From: Alphaproteobacteria bacterium
GTDB lineage: Bacteria > Pseudomonadota > Alphaproteobacteria > DATDPM01
Reading direction: 5' to 3'
Assembly: GCA_041498815.1 (NCBI GenBank)
Contig: JBGQJC010000008.1
Coordinates: 4,935 to 68,934, forward strand
DNA: 64,000 nt
The notes below the pieces were generated by a model that was not told the DNA's origin, made no database searches, and saw nothing but the letters and a program-made list of their open reading frames with translations. Below are positions 29,919 through 39,418 of this stretch, piece after piece. Within the stretch, counting starts at the first letter, position 1, and every line of letters begins with the position of its first letter. Both the position numbers and the translations under genes were made by a program.

Positions 29919-30173
29919 CTACAAGTCTTCCTTGTTCCAGATATCCACAGTTGTCCCGCTATTTTTTTTCGTTATTCTCGGAAGCTCCATCGCCTCGGTC
30001 GTTCCGTCGTTGAAGATCTTCACATAGGCCATGACCGCAAGCTGATCCGGGACATTCGCCGAGCCACCGGCTTCGCCGACGTAATAGAGAATTCCCCAAT
30101 GCGGTCGCGCATCTGCGGGTAAGACTGACGTGGAGAACTTGTGAGGAACGAAGGCGGTGTTTGGTGCGGCTAT
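29919..30173 (-). pseudogene. Start-less 84-codon reading frame, possibly a remnant of a second islet gene
   Basis: IAAPNTAFVPHKF...WGILYYVGE...MAYVKIFNDG...IWNKEDL*. No canonical start at the 5' end. Confidence 0.3.
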
Positions 30174-31021
30174 TTAATCAGCCGCGTATCAAGTTCCGCA
30201 AGATCGCTGTAGTGCAGAAGCAGGACGCCGTTCATTGAGGCGAGTTGTTGAGCCGCCGTCGTGTAGCGGCTGTTTGTGACGACTGCCGCATGCTGTGCTT
30301 TCTCGTAGCCCTTGCCAGCAACAGCCTCTTGAACCGCCTTATTCCCCACCGGCTGGTTCCAGAGCTTACATTGGAGAACTACGCGAACGTCGTTTTTCTC
30401 CGCAATGACGTCAACGCCCTGGTCTCTGGCCCTCTTGGTCACCTGTGCTTGCCAGCCGGCGCGGCGAAGCTCGTCCGCACAGAACGCCTCAAACTCGGTT
30501 GCTGTCATCCGGTCCGAGAAGCCCTGGAACGTGGTTGCGGTCTTCGAGGCATCTTCAACACGCCTTCCGATCAATAGCGAGAGGCTCTCGCGTTCGTCTT
30601 CGAGAATGGTCCGCTCCCGATCCGTCAGGTGCGGGGCGATCTGACTGTCGATGAAGTAGGCTATCTCTTTCCTCCAGCCTTCCAACTGAAGCTTGCTGTA
30701 GGCGTCGTATCTGACGAGCTGCGCACGTCTCTTTAACAGCGAAGTCATGTGTCGCTCAACAACGGTCTTGGCCAACTGTGTTAAGCTGCGCCGCGCTTTA
30801 GCTCGACTAAAGACACGGTATAAGCGGACAGAGACGCGATAGAGGTGGTAGATGGTTGCTACCACGACAGCACTAACCAAAAGATTGACGAGCACGCCAC
30901 CCATGTCCAGGGATTGCCGCTGAATGCTCCCGAGCACGGCGAACACAGCGAACACGGCCATGCCCATTAACCCAAATAAAACGTCGTCCGGTGTCGGGAT
31001 GTGTCGTCTGCGGCGAGTCAT
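30170..31021 (-). CDS. Membrane-anchored Mrr-family (type IV-like) restriction endonuclease
   Basis: Two N-terminal hydrophobic helices. Mrr_cat motifs EFEAFC, DQGVD, QCK, VGNKAVQEA, VVTNSRYT. Confidence 0.82.
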   Translation of the reverse strand: MTRRRRHIPTPDDVLFGLMGMAVFAVFAVLGSIQRQSLDMGGVLVNLLVSAVVVATIYHLYRVSVRLYRVFSRAKARRSLTQLAKTVVERHMTSLLKRRAQLVRYDAYSKLQLEGWRKEIAYFIDSQIAPHLTDRERTILEDERESLSLLIGRRVEDASKTATTFQGFSDRMTATEFEAFCADELRRAGWQAQVTKRARDQGVDVIAEKNDVRVVLQCKLWNQPVGNKAVQEAVAGKGYEKAQHAAVVTNSRYTTAAQQLASMNGVLLLHYSDLAELDTRLIK

Positions 31022-31086
31022 CGTCTACCTCACCTCCACATATCCGCTCCACTTACTCCCGCGTCTTCTGTGACTACCGGAAGCGG

Positions 31087-31161
31087 TGGCGACCCCAACG
31101 GGATTCGAACCCGTGTTGCCGGCTTGAAAAGCCGGAGTCCTAACCACTAGACGATGGGGTC
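31087..31161 (-). tRNA. tRNA-Glu (anticodon TTC)
   Basis: 75 nt, GACCCCA...TGGGGTC-GCCA. Anticodon arm CCGGC-TTTTCAA-GCCGG. Confidence 0.95.
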
Positions 31162-31215
31162 CTGAGCCCTGATTAAAGACGCCGGCCCGCAAAATCAAGC
31201 GGGGTTTCCAGGCCT

Positions 31216-33009
31216 TCAGGCGGGGCGCACCGCGGCCGCGTCGTCAATATACAACTGAACGCGCTCACGCCCCTGCCAGTCGTCGCGCGCGATCCGGCCG
31301 GCGACGTGAACGGCGGCGCCGCGCAGGCGCAAAAGCTCTTTGCCGAGGTCGGAGTTGCCGGCGCGGAACGCGATGCCGCGGAGCGTGCCGTGAGCCCCCG
31401 TCAGTCCGCAGCGCAGGTGCTCGCCCGCGACTTCGGCATAGGAGAGGCGCACGGCGGGAAAGACGAATCTCGGTTCGGCATTGCCCGCGCCGAAGGGGCC
31501 GATGCGATCGAGCTCCGCCACCAGCTCGCGGGTCGCGGCTTCCGGTGCCAGCGCACCGTCGAGCCCGAGACTGGGCCCCAAGTCGATGGAACTCGAGAGA
31601 CCGGCGACACGCTCCGCCAAGAAATCGCGGAACGGTTCGATCTTGCCGCGCTCGACGGTCAAGCCCGCCGCCATGGCATGGCCGCCGCCATTGAGCAGCA
31701 GCCCTCCCTTGCGCGCGGCGATCACGGCGCTTCCGAGATCGATGCCGGGCACCGAACGGGCGGAGCCTTTGCCGATTCCATTCTCGATTCCGATGACGCA
31801 GGCGGGGCGGCCGAATCGCTCCTTGAGGCGGGAGGCGACGATGCCGATCACGCCCACATGCCAGCCCTCGCCCGCTGCGAGCACGATGGGCGAGGCACCG
31901 GTTGAACCCGCCTGCGCCTCGGCGCTGGCCAGAACCTCGGATTCGATCAGCCGGCGCTCGGCGTTGAGCGCGCCCAAGACGGCGGCGATGCGGCGGGCCT
32001 CATCGGCGTCATCCGCGGTCAGAAGCCGGAAACCGAGATCCGATTGCCCGACTCTGCCGCCGGCGTTGATTCGCGGCCCCAGGATGAAGGCCGCGTGATA
32101 GGCGCCGGGCCTGGACTCGAGCCGTGCGCTGTCGGCGAGCGCCGCCAAGCCCAAATTGCCGCGCCCCGCCATCACCTTAAGCCCTTGCGCGACCAAGGCC
32201 CGGTTGAGACCGGTCAAGGGCACCACGTCGCAAATGGTCCCGAGTGCGACGAGGTCGAGAAGCGCCATGAGATCGGGCTCGGGAATCCGATTGGCCGCAT
32301 ACCAGCCGGAATCGCGGAGGAGTCTATTTACCGCAACCGCCACCAGGAACGAGAGGCCGACGGCGGCAAGCTGCTTATGCGGGCTTTGCTCATCCAGCCG
32401 GTTGGGATTGACGACCGCGACAGCCTGCGGCAATCGCTCCTCCGCTTCGTGGTGATCGACCACGATGACATCGAGGCCGAGATCGCGCGCATGAGAGAGC
32501 GCGTCGAATGCCAAGGTCCCGCAATCGACCGTGACCGCGAGCGAGACGCCTTGGGCATGAAGCATTTCCAGCGCCGGCGCGTTCGGCCCGTAACCTTCGC
32601 GCCTGCGGTCGGGGATGTAGGCGCGCGCCTTGGCACCGACGGCGCTTAAGAATCGAACGAGCAAAGCCGACGAGGTGGCGCCGTCCACGTCGTAGTCGCC
32701 GAAGATGGCGATGGATTCGCCCGACCGCACGGCGCGCGCGATCCGCGCCGCGGCCGCGTCCATGTCGAGCAAATGGGACGGGTCCGGCAAATAAGCGCGC
32801 AGCGTCGGATTTAGGAACGACTCCGCTTGCTCCGCCGTGATGCCGCGGGCGGCAAGCACCCGGCCGACGATTTCGGAAACGCCGAGGCGCTGGGTGAGGG
32901 CGAGCGCCGCGCGCTCGTCGCCGCCGCGCAGGCGCCAGCGCTTGCCGCTAAAAGAACGCTCGACTCCAAGGACGGATGAATTCGGCGCCGCGGCGTGAAC
33001 CGCCAGCAT
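31216..33009 (-). CDS. recJ: Single-stranded-DNA exonuclease RecJ
   Basis: GDYDVDG, TVDCG, DHH, ALGTICDVVPL, GPRINAGGR, GSARS, GGHAMAAG. Confidence 0.95.
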   Translation of the reverse strand: MLAVHAAAPNSSVLGVERSFSGKRWRLRGGDERAALALTQRLGVSEIVGRVLAARGITAEQAESFLNPTLRAYLPDPSHLLDMDAAAARIARAVRSGESIAIFGDYDVDGATSSALLVRFLSAVGAKARAYIPDRRREGYGPNAPALEMLHAQGVSLAVTVDCGTLAFDALSHARDLGLDVIVVDHHEAEERLPQAVAVVNPNRLDEQSPHKQLAAVGLSFLVAVAVNRLLRDSGWYAANRIPEPDLMALLDLVALGTICDVVPLTGLNRALVAQGLKVMAGRGNLGLAALADSARLESRPGAYHAAFILGPRINAGGRVGQSDLGFRLLTADDADEARRIAAVLGALNAERRLIESEVLASAEAQAGSTGASPIVLAAGEGWHVGVIGIVASRLKERFGRPACVIGIENGIGKGSARSVPGIDLGSAVIAARKGGLLLNGGGHAMAAGLTVERGKIEPFRDFLAERVAGLSSSIDLGPSLGLDGALAPEAATRELVAELDRIGPFGAGNAEPRFVFPAVRLSYAEVAGEHLRCGLTGAHGTLRGIAFRAGNSDLGKELLRLRGAAVHVAGRIARDDWQGRERVQLYIDDAAAVRPA

Positions 33010-33012
33010 TGC

Positions 33013-34305
33013 CTAGAGCGGCTCGACGCGGATCATGCGCGGCGGCTCGAACACGGCCTTGAGCGCGCCGATGCGTGTCAAGGCTTGGGTCATCGCCGCT
33101 TCTTCGGTGGCGTGGGTCGTCATTACCACGGGCACGGCGCCGGCGGGCGCGCGGCCGTGCTGGAGCATCGATTCCATCGAGATCCCGGCATCGCGCAGCG
33201 CCGCCGCGATGTCGGCGATGACGCCGGGTTGATCCCTGACCATGAGCCGAATGTAATACGCCCCGCGATGGCGTTCCATCGGCGATGCGGGAATCCGGGC
33301 CAGTTTGTCCGCGGGCACGGCGAAGGTTGGAATGTTGACGCCACGCGCGATGTCGATGATGTCGGCGACGACGGCCGACGCCGTCGGTCCGGCCCCGGCG
33401 CCCCGCCCCTGGAACATGATGTTGCCGACAAAATCGCCTTCGACCATCACCGCGTTATTCACGTCTTCGACGGTGGCGATCGCGGAGCGCGCCGGCACCA
33501 GGCAGGGATGCACCCGCTGCTCGACGCCGTGCTCGGTCATCCGGGTAATGCCGAGCAGCTTGATCCGGAAACCGAGCTCTTCGGCAAACGCGATATCGCG
33601 GGCCGAGACATGGCGGATGCCTTCGACGTGGATGCCGCCGAAATTGGTCTCGCAGCCGAAGGCGACGCTGGTCAGGATCGCGAGCTTGTGGGCGGTATCG
33701 ATGCCGTCGATGTCGAAACTGGGATCGGCCTCGGCGTAACCCAATTTTCGCGCCTCTTCGAGCACCTCGGCGAATTCCTTTCCGGATTCGCGCATGCTGG
33801 TCAGGATGTAATTGCAGGTGCCGTTCAGGATTCCGGTGACGCGCGAGATGCCGTTTCCGGCGAGCCCTTCGCGCAGGCCCTTGATGACCGGCACGCCGCC
33901 CGCAACCGCCGCCTCGAAATGGAGCGACACGCCTTTCGATTCCGCCGCCCTGGCGAGCGCCACGCCATGGTGCGCCAGGAGCGCCTTGTTCGCCGTCACC
34001 ACATGCTTGCCGGACGAAATCGCGGTCTCGCACACTTGCTTGGCGATCCCTTCCGAGCCGCCGATGAGTTCCACCACGACCTCGGCCAGCGCCTCTCGCG
34101 CCATGCCGACGGCGTCGTCGAACCAGGCTGCTCCGGACAGATCGAGCTTGCGGTCGCGTTTCTTGTCACGGGCCGAGACCGCGGCCACGCGCACCTTGCG
34201 TCCGCAGCGCTGTTCGATCAAATCGGCGTGGCGTTCGAGCAGGCTTAGCGTGCCGCCGCCCACCGTGCCGAGGCCGGCCACCGCGATGGACAGAGGCTTG
34301 ATCAA
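33013..34305 (-). CDS. hom: Homoserine dehydrogenase with ACT domain
   Basis: GLGTVGGG, VVTANKAL, FEAAVAGGVP, LNGTCNYIL, GAGAGPTASAV. TTG start. Confidence 0.95.
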   Translation of the reverse strand: MIKPLSIAVAGLGTVGGGTLSLLERHADLIEQRCGRKVRVAAVSARDKKRDRKLDLSGAAWFDDAVGMAREALAEVVVELIGGSEGIAKQVCETAISSGKHVVTANKALLAHHGVALARAAESKGVSLHFEAAVAGGVPVIKGLREGLAGNGISRVTGILNGTCNYILTSMRESGKEFAEVLEEARKLGYAEADPSFDIDGIDTAHKLAILTSVAFGCETNFGGIHVEGIRHVSARDIAFAEELGFRIKLLGITRMTEHGVEQRVHPCLVPARSAIATVEDVNNAVMVEGDFVGNIMFQGRGAGAGPTASAVVADIIDIARGVNIPTFAVPADKLARIPASPMERHRGAYYIRLMVRDQPGVIADIAAALRDAGISMESMLQHGRAPAGAVPVVMTTHATEEAAMTQALTRIGALKAVFEPPRMIRVEPL

Positions 34306-35516
34306 GAGGCCATCGCCGCCTTTCTCTCGAGGATCTTTTCGGTCGCGGCGAACATGGCCTTGATGCTGCGCACCGCCTGGCGAATCCGATGCGGGTTTTC
34401 GACCAGCGCGATGCGCACGAATCCTTCCCCGTACTCGCCGAAGCCGATGCCGGGCGCAACCGCCACCTTGGCTTCTTGCAGCAGGAGCTTGGAGAACTCG
34501 AGCGATCCGAGATGGGCGAAGGCCGGCGGAATCGGCGCCCAGGCGAACATGCTCGCGGGCGGGCTTGGCACCTGCCAGCCCGCGGCGGCCAATCCTTGGA
34601 TCAGCACGTCGCGGCGCTGGCGGTAGGTATCGCGGATTTCGGCGACGCAATCCTGCGGCCCGTTCAACGCCGCGGTCGCCGCGACCTGGATCGGCGTGAA
34701 GGCGCCGTAATCGGTGTAGGATTTGATGCGCGCGAGCGCCGCGATGATGCGCTTGTTGCCGGCGGCGAATCCGATGCGCCAGCCGGGCATCGAATAGGTC
34801 TTGCTGACCGAGGTGAACTCGACCGCGACGTCCCTGGCGCCCGGAACTTGAAACACGGAGGGCGGCGGCTTGCCGTCGAAATAGATTTCGCAGTAGGCAA
34901 GATCGGAGATCAGCAATACCTCGTGGCGGCGGCAGAAATCCACGGCGCGGGAGTAGAAATCGAGATCGACGACGCGCGCGGTCGGGTTCGAGGGAAAATT
35001 CACCACCACGGCGATCGGCGTCGGCACGCTGTATTTCACCGCGCGCTCGAATTCGAGCATGAAGTCGCTCTCGGATCCGATCGGCATGTGGCGAATCGAG
35101 GCGCCGGCCAAAATGAATCCGAAGGCGTGGATCGGATAGGTCGGATTGGGAACCAGCACCACGTCGCCCGGGCTCGTGATCGCCTGGGCGAGACTGGTGA
35201 GCCCCTCTTTCGAACCGATCGAAGCGATGACCTCGGTTTCGGGATCGAGCGTGACGTCGAAGCGGCGCTGGTAATAGGCCGCGACCGCCCTGCGCAATCC
35301 CGTGATGCCGCGCGAATTAGAATAGCGGTGCGTGTGCGGATCGCGCACCGTTTCGATGAGCTTGGCGATGATGTGGGGCGGCGTGGCGGAATCGGGATTG
35401 CCCATCCCGAAATCGATGATGTCGTGCCCTTGCGCGCGGGCCGCCGCCTTCATGGCGTTGACCTCCGCAAACACGTAGGGCGGCAGCCGCTTGATCCGGT
35501 AAAATTCCTGGGACAT
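34302..35516 (-). CDS. Class I/II PLP aminotransferase (AlaC / LL-DAP-aminotransferase-like)
   Basis: RLPPYVFA, GMGNPD, SKTYSMPGWRIG, GFGEYGEGFVR. Confidence 0.88.
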   Translation of the reverse strand: MSQEFYRIKRLPPYVFAEVNAMKAAARAQGHDIIDFGMGNPDSATPPHIIAKLIETVRDPHTHRYSNSRGITGLRRAVAAYYQRRFDVTLDPETEVIASIGSKEGLTSLAQAITSPGDVVLVPNPTYPIHAFGFILAGASIRHMPIGSESDFMLEFERAVKYSVPTPIAVVVNFPSNPTARVVDLDFYSRAVDFCRRHEVLLISDLAYCEIYFDGKPPPSVFQVPGARDVAVEFTSVSKTYSMPGWRIGFAAGNKRIIAALARIKSYTDYGAFTPIQVAATAALNGPQDCVAEIRDTYRQRRDVLIQGLAAAGWQVPSPPASMFAWAPIPPAFAHLGSLEFSKLLLQEAKVAVAPGIGFGEYGEGFVRIALVENPHRIRQAVRSIKAMFAATEKILERKAAMAS

Positions 35517-35600
35517 GCGGTTACTCCGGACGGCACCGGACGCCCCGGCCCGCGTCAGGCGGACGGCTCCGGCTCCGGCGGGTTTGTAGCTTGGAGCCCG

Positions 35601-36860
35601 CTAATAATCGATGAAAATCTCCACCCGCCGGTTCCCGGCCTCGCCTGCCGGCATGACTTCGTAATAGATGGGTTCGGCGTCGGACAACGCGGTCGTGTTA
35701 ATGTCGGTCGACTTCACGCCGCGCTTGATGAGTTCGCGGGCCACGGTATCGGCACGCTTCGCCGACACGGCGAAATTGGCCATCTGATGGCGCACCGGAT
35801 CCATGTCGCCGGTGCGGCTGCTGGCATAGCCCACGACGTGGATCTTGCCGCCGTGTTCTTTGTAGAACGCGGCGATGTTGTCGAATTTCTCCTGCTCGCC
35901 GTCCAGGATATCGGCCGATCCATCGCCGAAATAGACGGTGCCGACTTGCGAGGACAGGCCGCGCACGGGCATGGGCGCCGCCTCGAGCGGAGCCGGCTCA
36001 AGGGCGGCCATTTGCTCCGGCGCCTTCGATTTTGAGGCCGGTTTTGCGGCATTGGCCTTGCGCGAAGCGGGCACCGCTTCCTCGCCGTCGGGGGGCTCGG
36101 CCACCGCGCCCTTGGCGGTGGAGGCGCCCGGCACCGCGCCGGTCGGCCCGGCCACGGCCGTGGTCACGGTCGGGGCCGATTCCTTCAGCTTTGCCTCGTA
36201 GACCCGGTTGAGCTCGCTCGAGCCGGGTGCCGGCGGCGTCACGGCGTTTGCCGGTGCCGGCGGGGGCCCGGCCGGCGGAGCGGCGCCTTGCGGCGGCGGG
36301 GCCGTTTCCTCGCCGGCCATGTAGGACTTGCGCCCCGGCGTTGAGGCCGGCGGCGGGGCGGGCGGAGTCTGGGCCGCAGGAGCGGGGGGGGGTGGCGGGG
36401 CGGCCCCGGCCGCAGGGGCAGCCGGGGTCGGCGGGGCGGCACCGGCCGCAGGGGCAGCCGCGGTCGCAGGCGCCTGGGCCGGGGCTCCGGACGTAGAGGG
36501 ATTGGCACCGGTATCCGAGGCTCTTGCCGCCTCATCGGAGTACTGGGCATTGGTCTTGTCGGCGGCCAGCCCCTGCATGACCTGCTTGCGGTCCTCGACC
36601 GTCGTGCCGGCCGCCGGCTTATCCGGAACGTCCTGAATCGCGGGATAGGGCTGATCGGCCCCGGGCGTCTCCTTGGGCTTGGCGGCCTGGGCTTGGGACT
36701 GGGTCTTTTTCGCGGGCGGAGACGCCTGATCCTCGTCGTCGCCGAACACCCCGTTCCACCAAGAAACTGGGTTGACCGCGTCCGGCACGTCCGAACAGGC
36801 GGCCATGAAGGTCCCCATGGCCAACAAGGACACCCCCGCCAAAGCCGCCCGGAGGACCAT
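35601..36860 (-). CDS. OmpA-family lipoprotein with long Pro/Ala-rich linker
   Basis: Lipobox MAAC, low-complexity middle, C-terminal VYFGDGSA, VVGYASS, NRRVEIF. Confidence 0.8.
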   Translation of the reverse strand: MVLRAALAGVSLLAMGTFMAACSDVPDAVNPVSWWNGVFGDDEDQASPPAKKTQSQAQAAKPKETPGADQPYPAIQDVPDKPAAGTTVEDRKQVMQGLAADKTNAQYSDEAARASDTGANPSTSGAPAQAPATAAAPAAGAAPPTPAAPAAGAAPPPPPAPAAQTPPAPPPASTPGRKSYMAGEETAPPPQGAAPPAGPPPAPANAVTPPAPGSSELNRVYEAKLKESAPTVTTAVAGPTGAVPGASTAKGAVAEPPDGEEAVPASRKANAAKPASKSKAPEQMAALEPAPLEAAPMPVRGLSSQVGTVYFGDGSADILDGEQEKFDNIAAFYKEHGGKIHVVGYASSRTGDMDPVRHQMANFAVSAKRADTVARELIKRGVKSTDINTTALSDAEPIYYEVMPAGEAGNRRVEIFIDY

Positions 36861-37074
36861 TCTTTTCTGCGCCTGTTGACTGAAATTTAACCTAGACGAA
36901 ATAGATATCTTGTGTCCCATGATCCGCCCTGCCTACCGGCCATATTTGCAATGAATTCCATGCTCCCATCGTGTAAGAGATCGCCGGGCGTAGACCGGAG
37001 CAAAGGTCGGCCGACGACACCCACGGCCCCGCTCGCGGCGCCCGCTGCCGGGGATCATCATAAAGGATGACGCC

Positions 37075-38871
37075 ATGACCGATCAACATGGGCCCGACGC
37101 CGAGATGCCGGATTCCGCAGAGATTTCCAAGACGATGGCAAGCATCGCCGAGCGCACCCAGCGCATCGTCACGGGCTTTCTGACCCGGCAGGCGGCGAAC
37201 GGGTCTTTTGCCCATGCCGATCCGCTCAACATCGGTCAGGCGTTTCTGGAACTGACGGTCAAGATGATGAGCGATCCGGCGCTCCTGGTGCGCGCCCAAA
37301 TGTCGCTGTGGGAAGACTACATGAACCTTTGGCAGACGACGGCGCGCCGCATGATGGGCGAGCAGGCGCCGCCGGTCATCGCCGCCGGCGACGGCGACCG
37401 CCGTTTCAAGGACTCGGCGTGGGAAGACAGCACCGTCTTCGACTTCATCAAGCAATCGTATCTGCTGTCGTCGCGCTGGATGCAATCCACGGTGCGGGAG
37501 GTTGAAGGACTGGACGAAAAGACCGCGCGCAAGATCGATTTCTACACCCGCCAATTCGTCGACGCGCTCTCCCCCAGCAATTTCGTCATGACCAACCCCG
37601 AGGTGTTGCGCACGACCATCGAAAGCGGCGGCGAGAATCTTCTCAAAGGTCTCGGCAACCTCCTGGACGACCTTGAGCGCGGCGAGGGAAGTCTGCGCAT
37701 CAAAATGACCGACCCCAACGCTTTCAAGGTCGGCGAGAACCTCGCCACCACGCCGGGAAAGGTGATCTATCAGAACGAGCTGATGCAGCTCATCCAATAC
37801 ACGCCGTCGACGAAACAGGTGTCCGAGCGGCCGATTCTCATCGTGCCGCCGTGGATCAACAAGTTTTACATCCTCGACATGCGCGAGAAAAATTCGCTCA
37901 TCCGCTGGATCGTCGAGCAGGGGCACACCGTATTCGTGATCTCGTGGGTCAATCCCGATGAGCGTCTCGCGGCCAAAACCTTCGACGATTACATGCTGCA
38001 GGGCCCGGTCAAGGCGCTCGACGTCATCGAGAAGGCGACCGGGCAACGCCAAGCCAATGCCATCGGCTACTGCCTGGGCGGCACGCTCTTGGCTGCCACG
38101 CTCGCCTATCTCGCCGCCAAGGGCAACGAGCGCGTCGTGAGCGCCACATTTCTCACCACCATGATCGATTTTGCCGAGGCCGGCGAGCTGTCGGTATTCA
38201 TCGACGAGGAGCAACTGAGCGTCCTCGAGGACAAGATGCGGGAGAAGGGCTACCTCGAAGGCCATGAAATGGCCACGACCTTCAACATGCTGCGCGCGAA
38301 CGATTTGATCTGGTCGTTCGTGGTCAACAATTACCTGCTGGGCAAGGACCCCTTCCCGTTCGATCTCTTGTATTGGAACGGCGATTCGACGCGGATGCCC
38401 GCCGCCATGCACATCTTCTACCTGCGCAAGATGTACCAGGAAAACAAGCTGGCCGAGCCGGGCGGAATCACGCTGGACAAGGTGCCGATCGACATCCGCA
38501 AGATCGATATCCCGTGCTATTTCCTGTCCACGCGCGAGGACCATATCGCGCCGTGGAAGTCCACCTATGCCGCGACCCAACTGATTACCGGGCCGGTGCG
38601 CTTCGCGCTTACCGCCTCGGGGCATATCGCCGGCGTCGTCAACCCACCCGCCGCCAACAAATACAGCTTTTGGACCAATCCCAAGACGCCGAAAGATCCC
38701 GATGCCTGGGTCAACGGCGCGCAGCAGACGCCGGGCTCGTGGTGGGACGATTGGGCGAAGTGGGTCGCGCAATACGGCGGCAAAAAGATTCCGGCGAGGC
38801 TACCCGGCGGCGACGCCTTCAAGCCGATCGAGGACGCGCCGGGCTCTTACGTCAAGTTGCAGCCGAGCTGA
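37075..38871 (+). CDS. phaC: Class I poly(3-hydroxyalkanoate) synthase
   Basis: PPWINKFYILD, lipase box GYCLGG, YWNGD, DHIAPW, SGHIAG. Confidence 0.95.
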   Translation: MTDQHGPDAEMPDSAEISKTMASIAERTQRIVTGFLTRQAANGSFAHADPLNIGQAFLELTVKMMSDPALLVRAQMSLWEDYMNLWQTTARRMMGEQAPPVIAAGDGDRRFKDSAWEDSTVFDFIKQSYLLSSRWMQSTVREVEGLDEKTARKIDFYTRQFVDALSPSNFVMTNPEVLRTTIESGGENLLKGLGNLLDDLERGEGSLRIKMTDPNAFKVGENLATTPGKVIYQNELMQLIQYTPSTKQVSERPILIVPPWINKFYILDMREKNSLIRWIVEQGHTVFVISWVNPDERLAAKTFDDYMLQGPVKALDVIEKATGQRQANAIGYCLGGTLLAATLAYLAAKGNERVVSATFLTTMIDFAEAGELSVFIDEEQLSVLEDKMREKGYLEGHEMATTFNMLRANDLIWSFVVNNYLLGKDPFPFDLLYWNGDSTRMPAAMHIFYLRKMYQENKLAEPGGITLDKVPIDIRKIDIPCYFLSTREDHIAPWKSTYAATQLITGPVRFALTASGHIAGVVNPPAANKYSFWTNPKTPKDPDAWVNGAQQTPGSWWDDWAKWVAQYGGKKIPARLPGGDAFKPIEDAPGSYVKLQPS

Positions 38872-39418
38872 GCCTGGTCCGGTATTCCTGGGCCAAGCGC
38901 GCGTAAGTATTGGCCGACGTCGCGATCTGAGCGATTTCATCCTCGCTAAGGTTCCGTAGACAGCGGGCCGGGCTTCCCGCCCAAAGTTCCCCGGATTTGA
39001 CGCGTTTGTTGAAGGTGACCAAGGCACCCGCCGCCACCATCGCGCCCTTCTCCACCACCACGCCGTCCATCACGACAGCCCCCATGCCGATCAGGCAGCC
39101 GTCTTCAAGCGTGCAGGCGTGCAACACCGCCTTGTGCCCGACGGTGACGTCCGACCCGATGTAGGAGCCGAACCCATCGCTGGTCACGTGCACCACCGTG
39201 CCGTCCTGCAAATTGCTGCGTTCGCCGATGCGGATTTCGTTGACGTCGCCGCGCACCACCGTGTTGAACCACACGCTGCTCCCGGCCCCAATCACGACGT
39301 TGCCGATGACGGCGCAACCGGGCGCCAAAAACACGTCATCCGCGAGGGCCGGAACGTAATTGCGATACGGGATAACCAACCCTCGCACGATCGCTCCCCT
39401 GCCCTCGCCGCCCATCAT
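38852..39418 (-). CDS. Gamma carbonic anhydrase family protein
   Basis: Hexapeptide repeats, VRGDVN, SNLQDG, HVT, GHKAVLHAC. GTG at 39388 is an alternative start. Confidence 0.9.
   Translation of the reverse strand: MMGGEGRGAIVRGLVIPYRNYVPALADDVFLAPGCAVIGNVVIGAGSSVWFNTVVRGDVNEIRIGERSNLQDGTVVHVTSDGFGSYIGSDVTVGHKAVLHACTLEDGCLIGMGAVVMDGVVVEKGAMVAAGALVTFNKRVKSGELWAGSPARCLRNLSEDEIAQIATSANTYARLAQEYRTRLSSAAT

Noticed and set aside
36892-38772. 626-aa ORF antisense to phaC, and similar long shadow ORFs (3104-4663, 14213-15358, 34389-36035, 59168-60547)
   Set aside because: They fully overlap well-supported genes and have no recognisable motifs. Long stop-free antisense frames are expected at this GC content.
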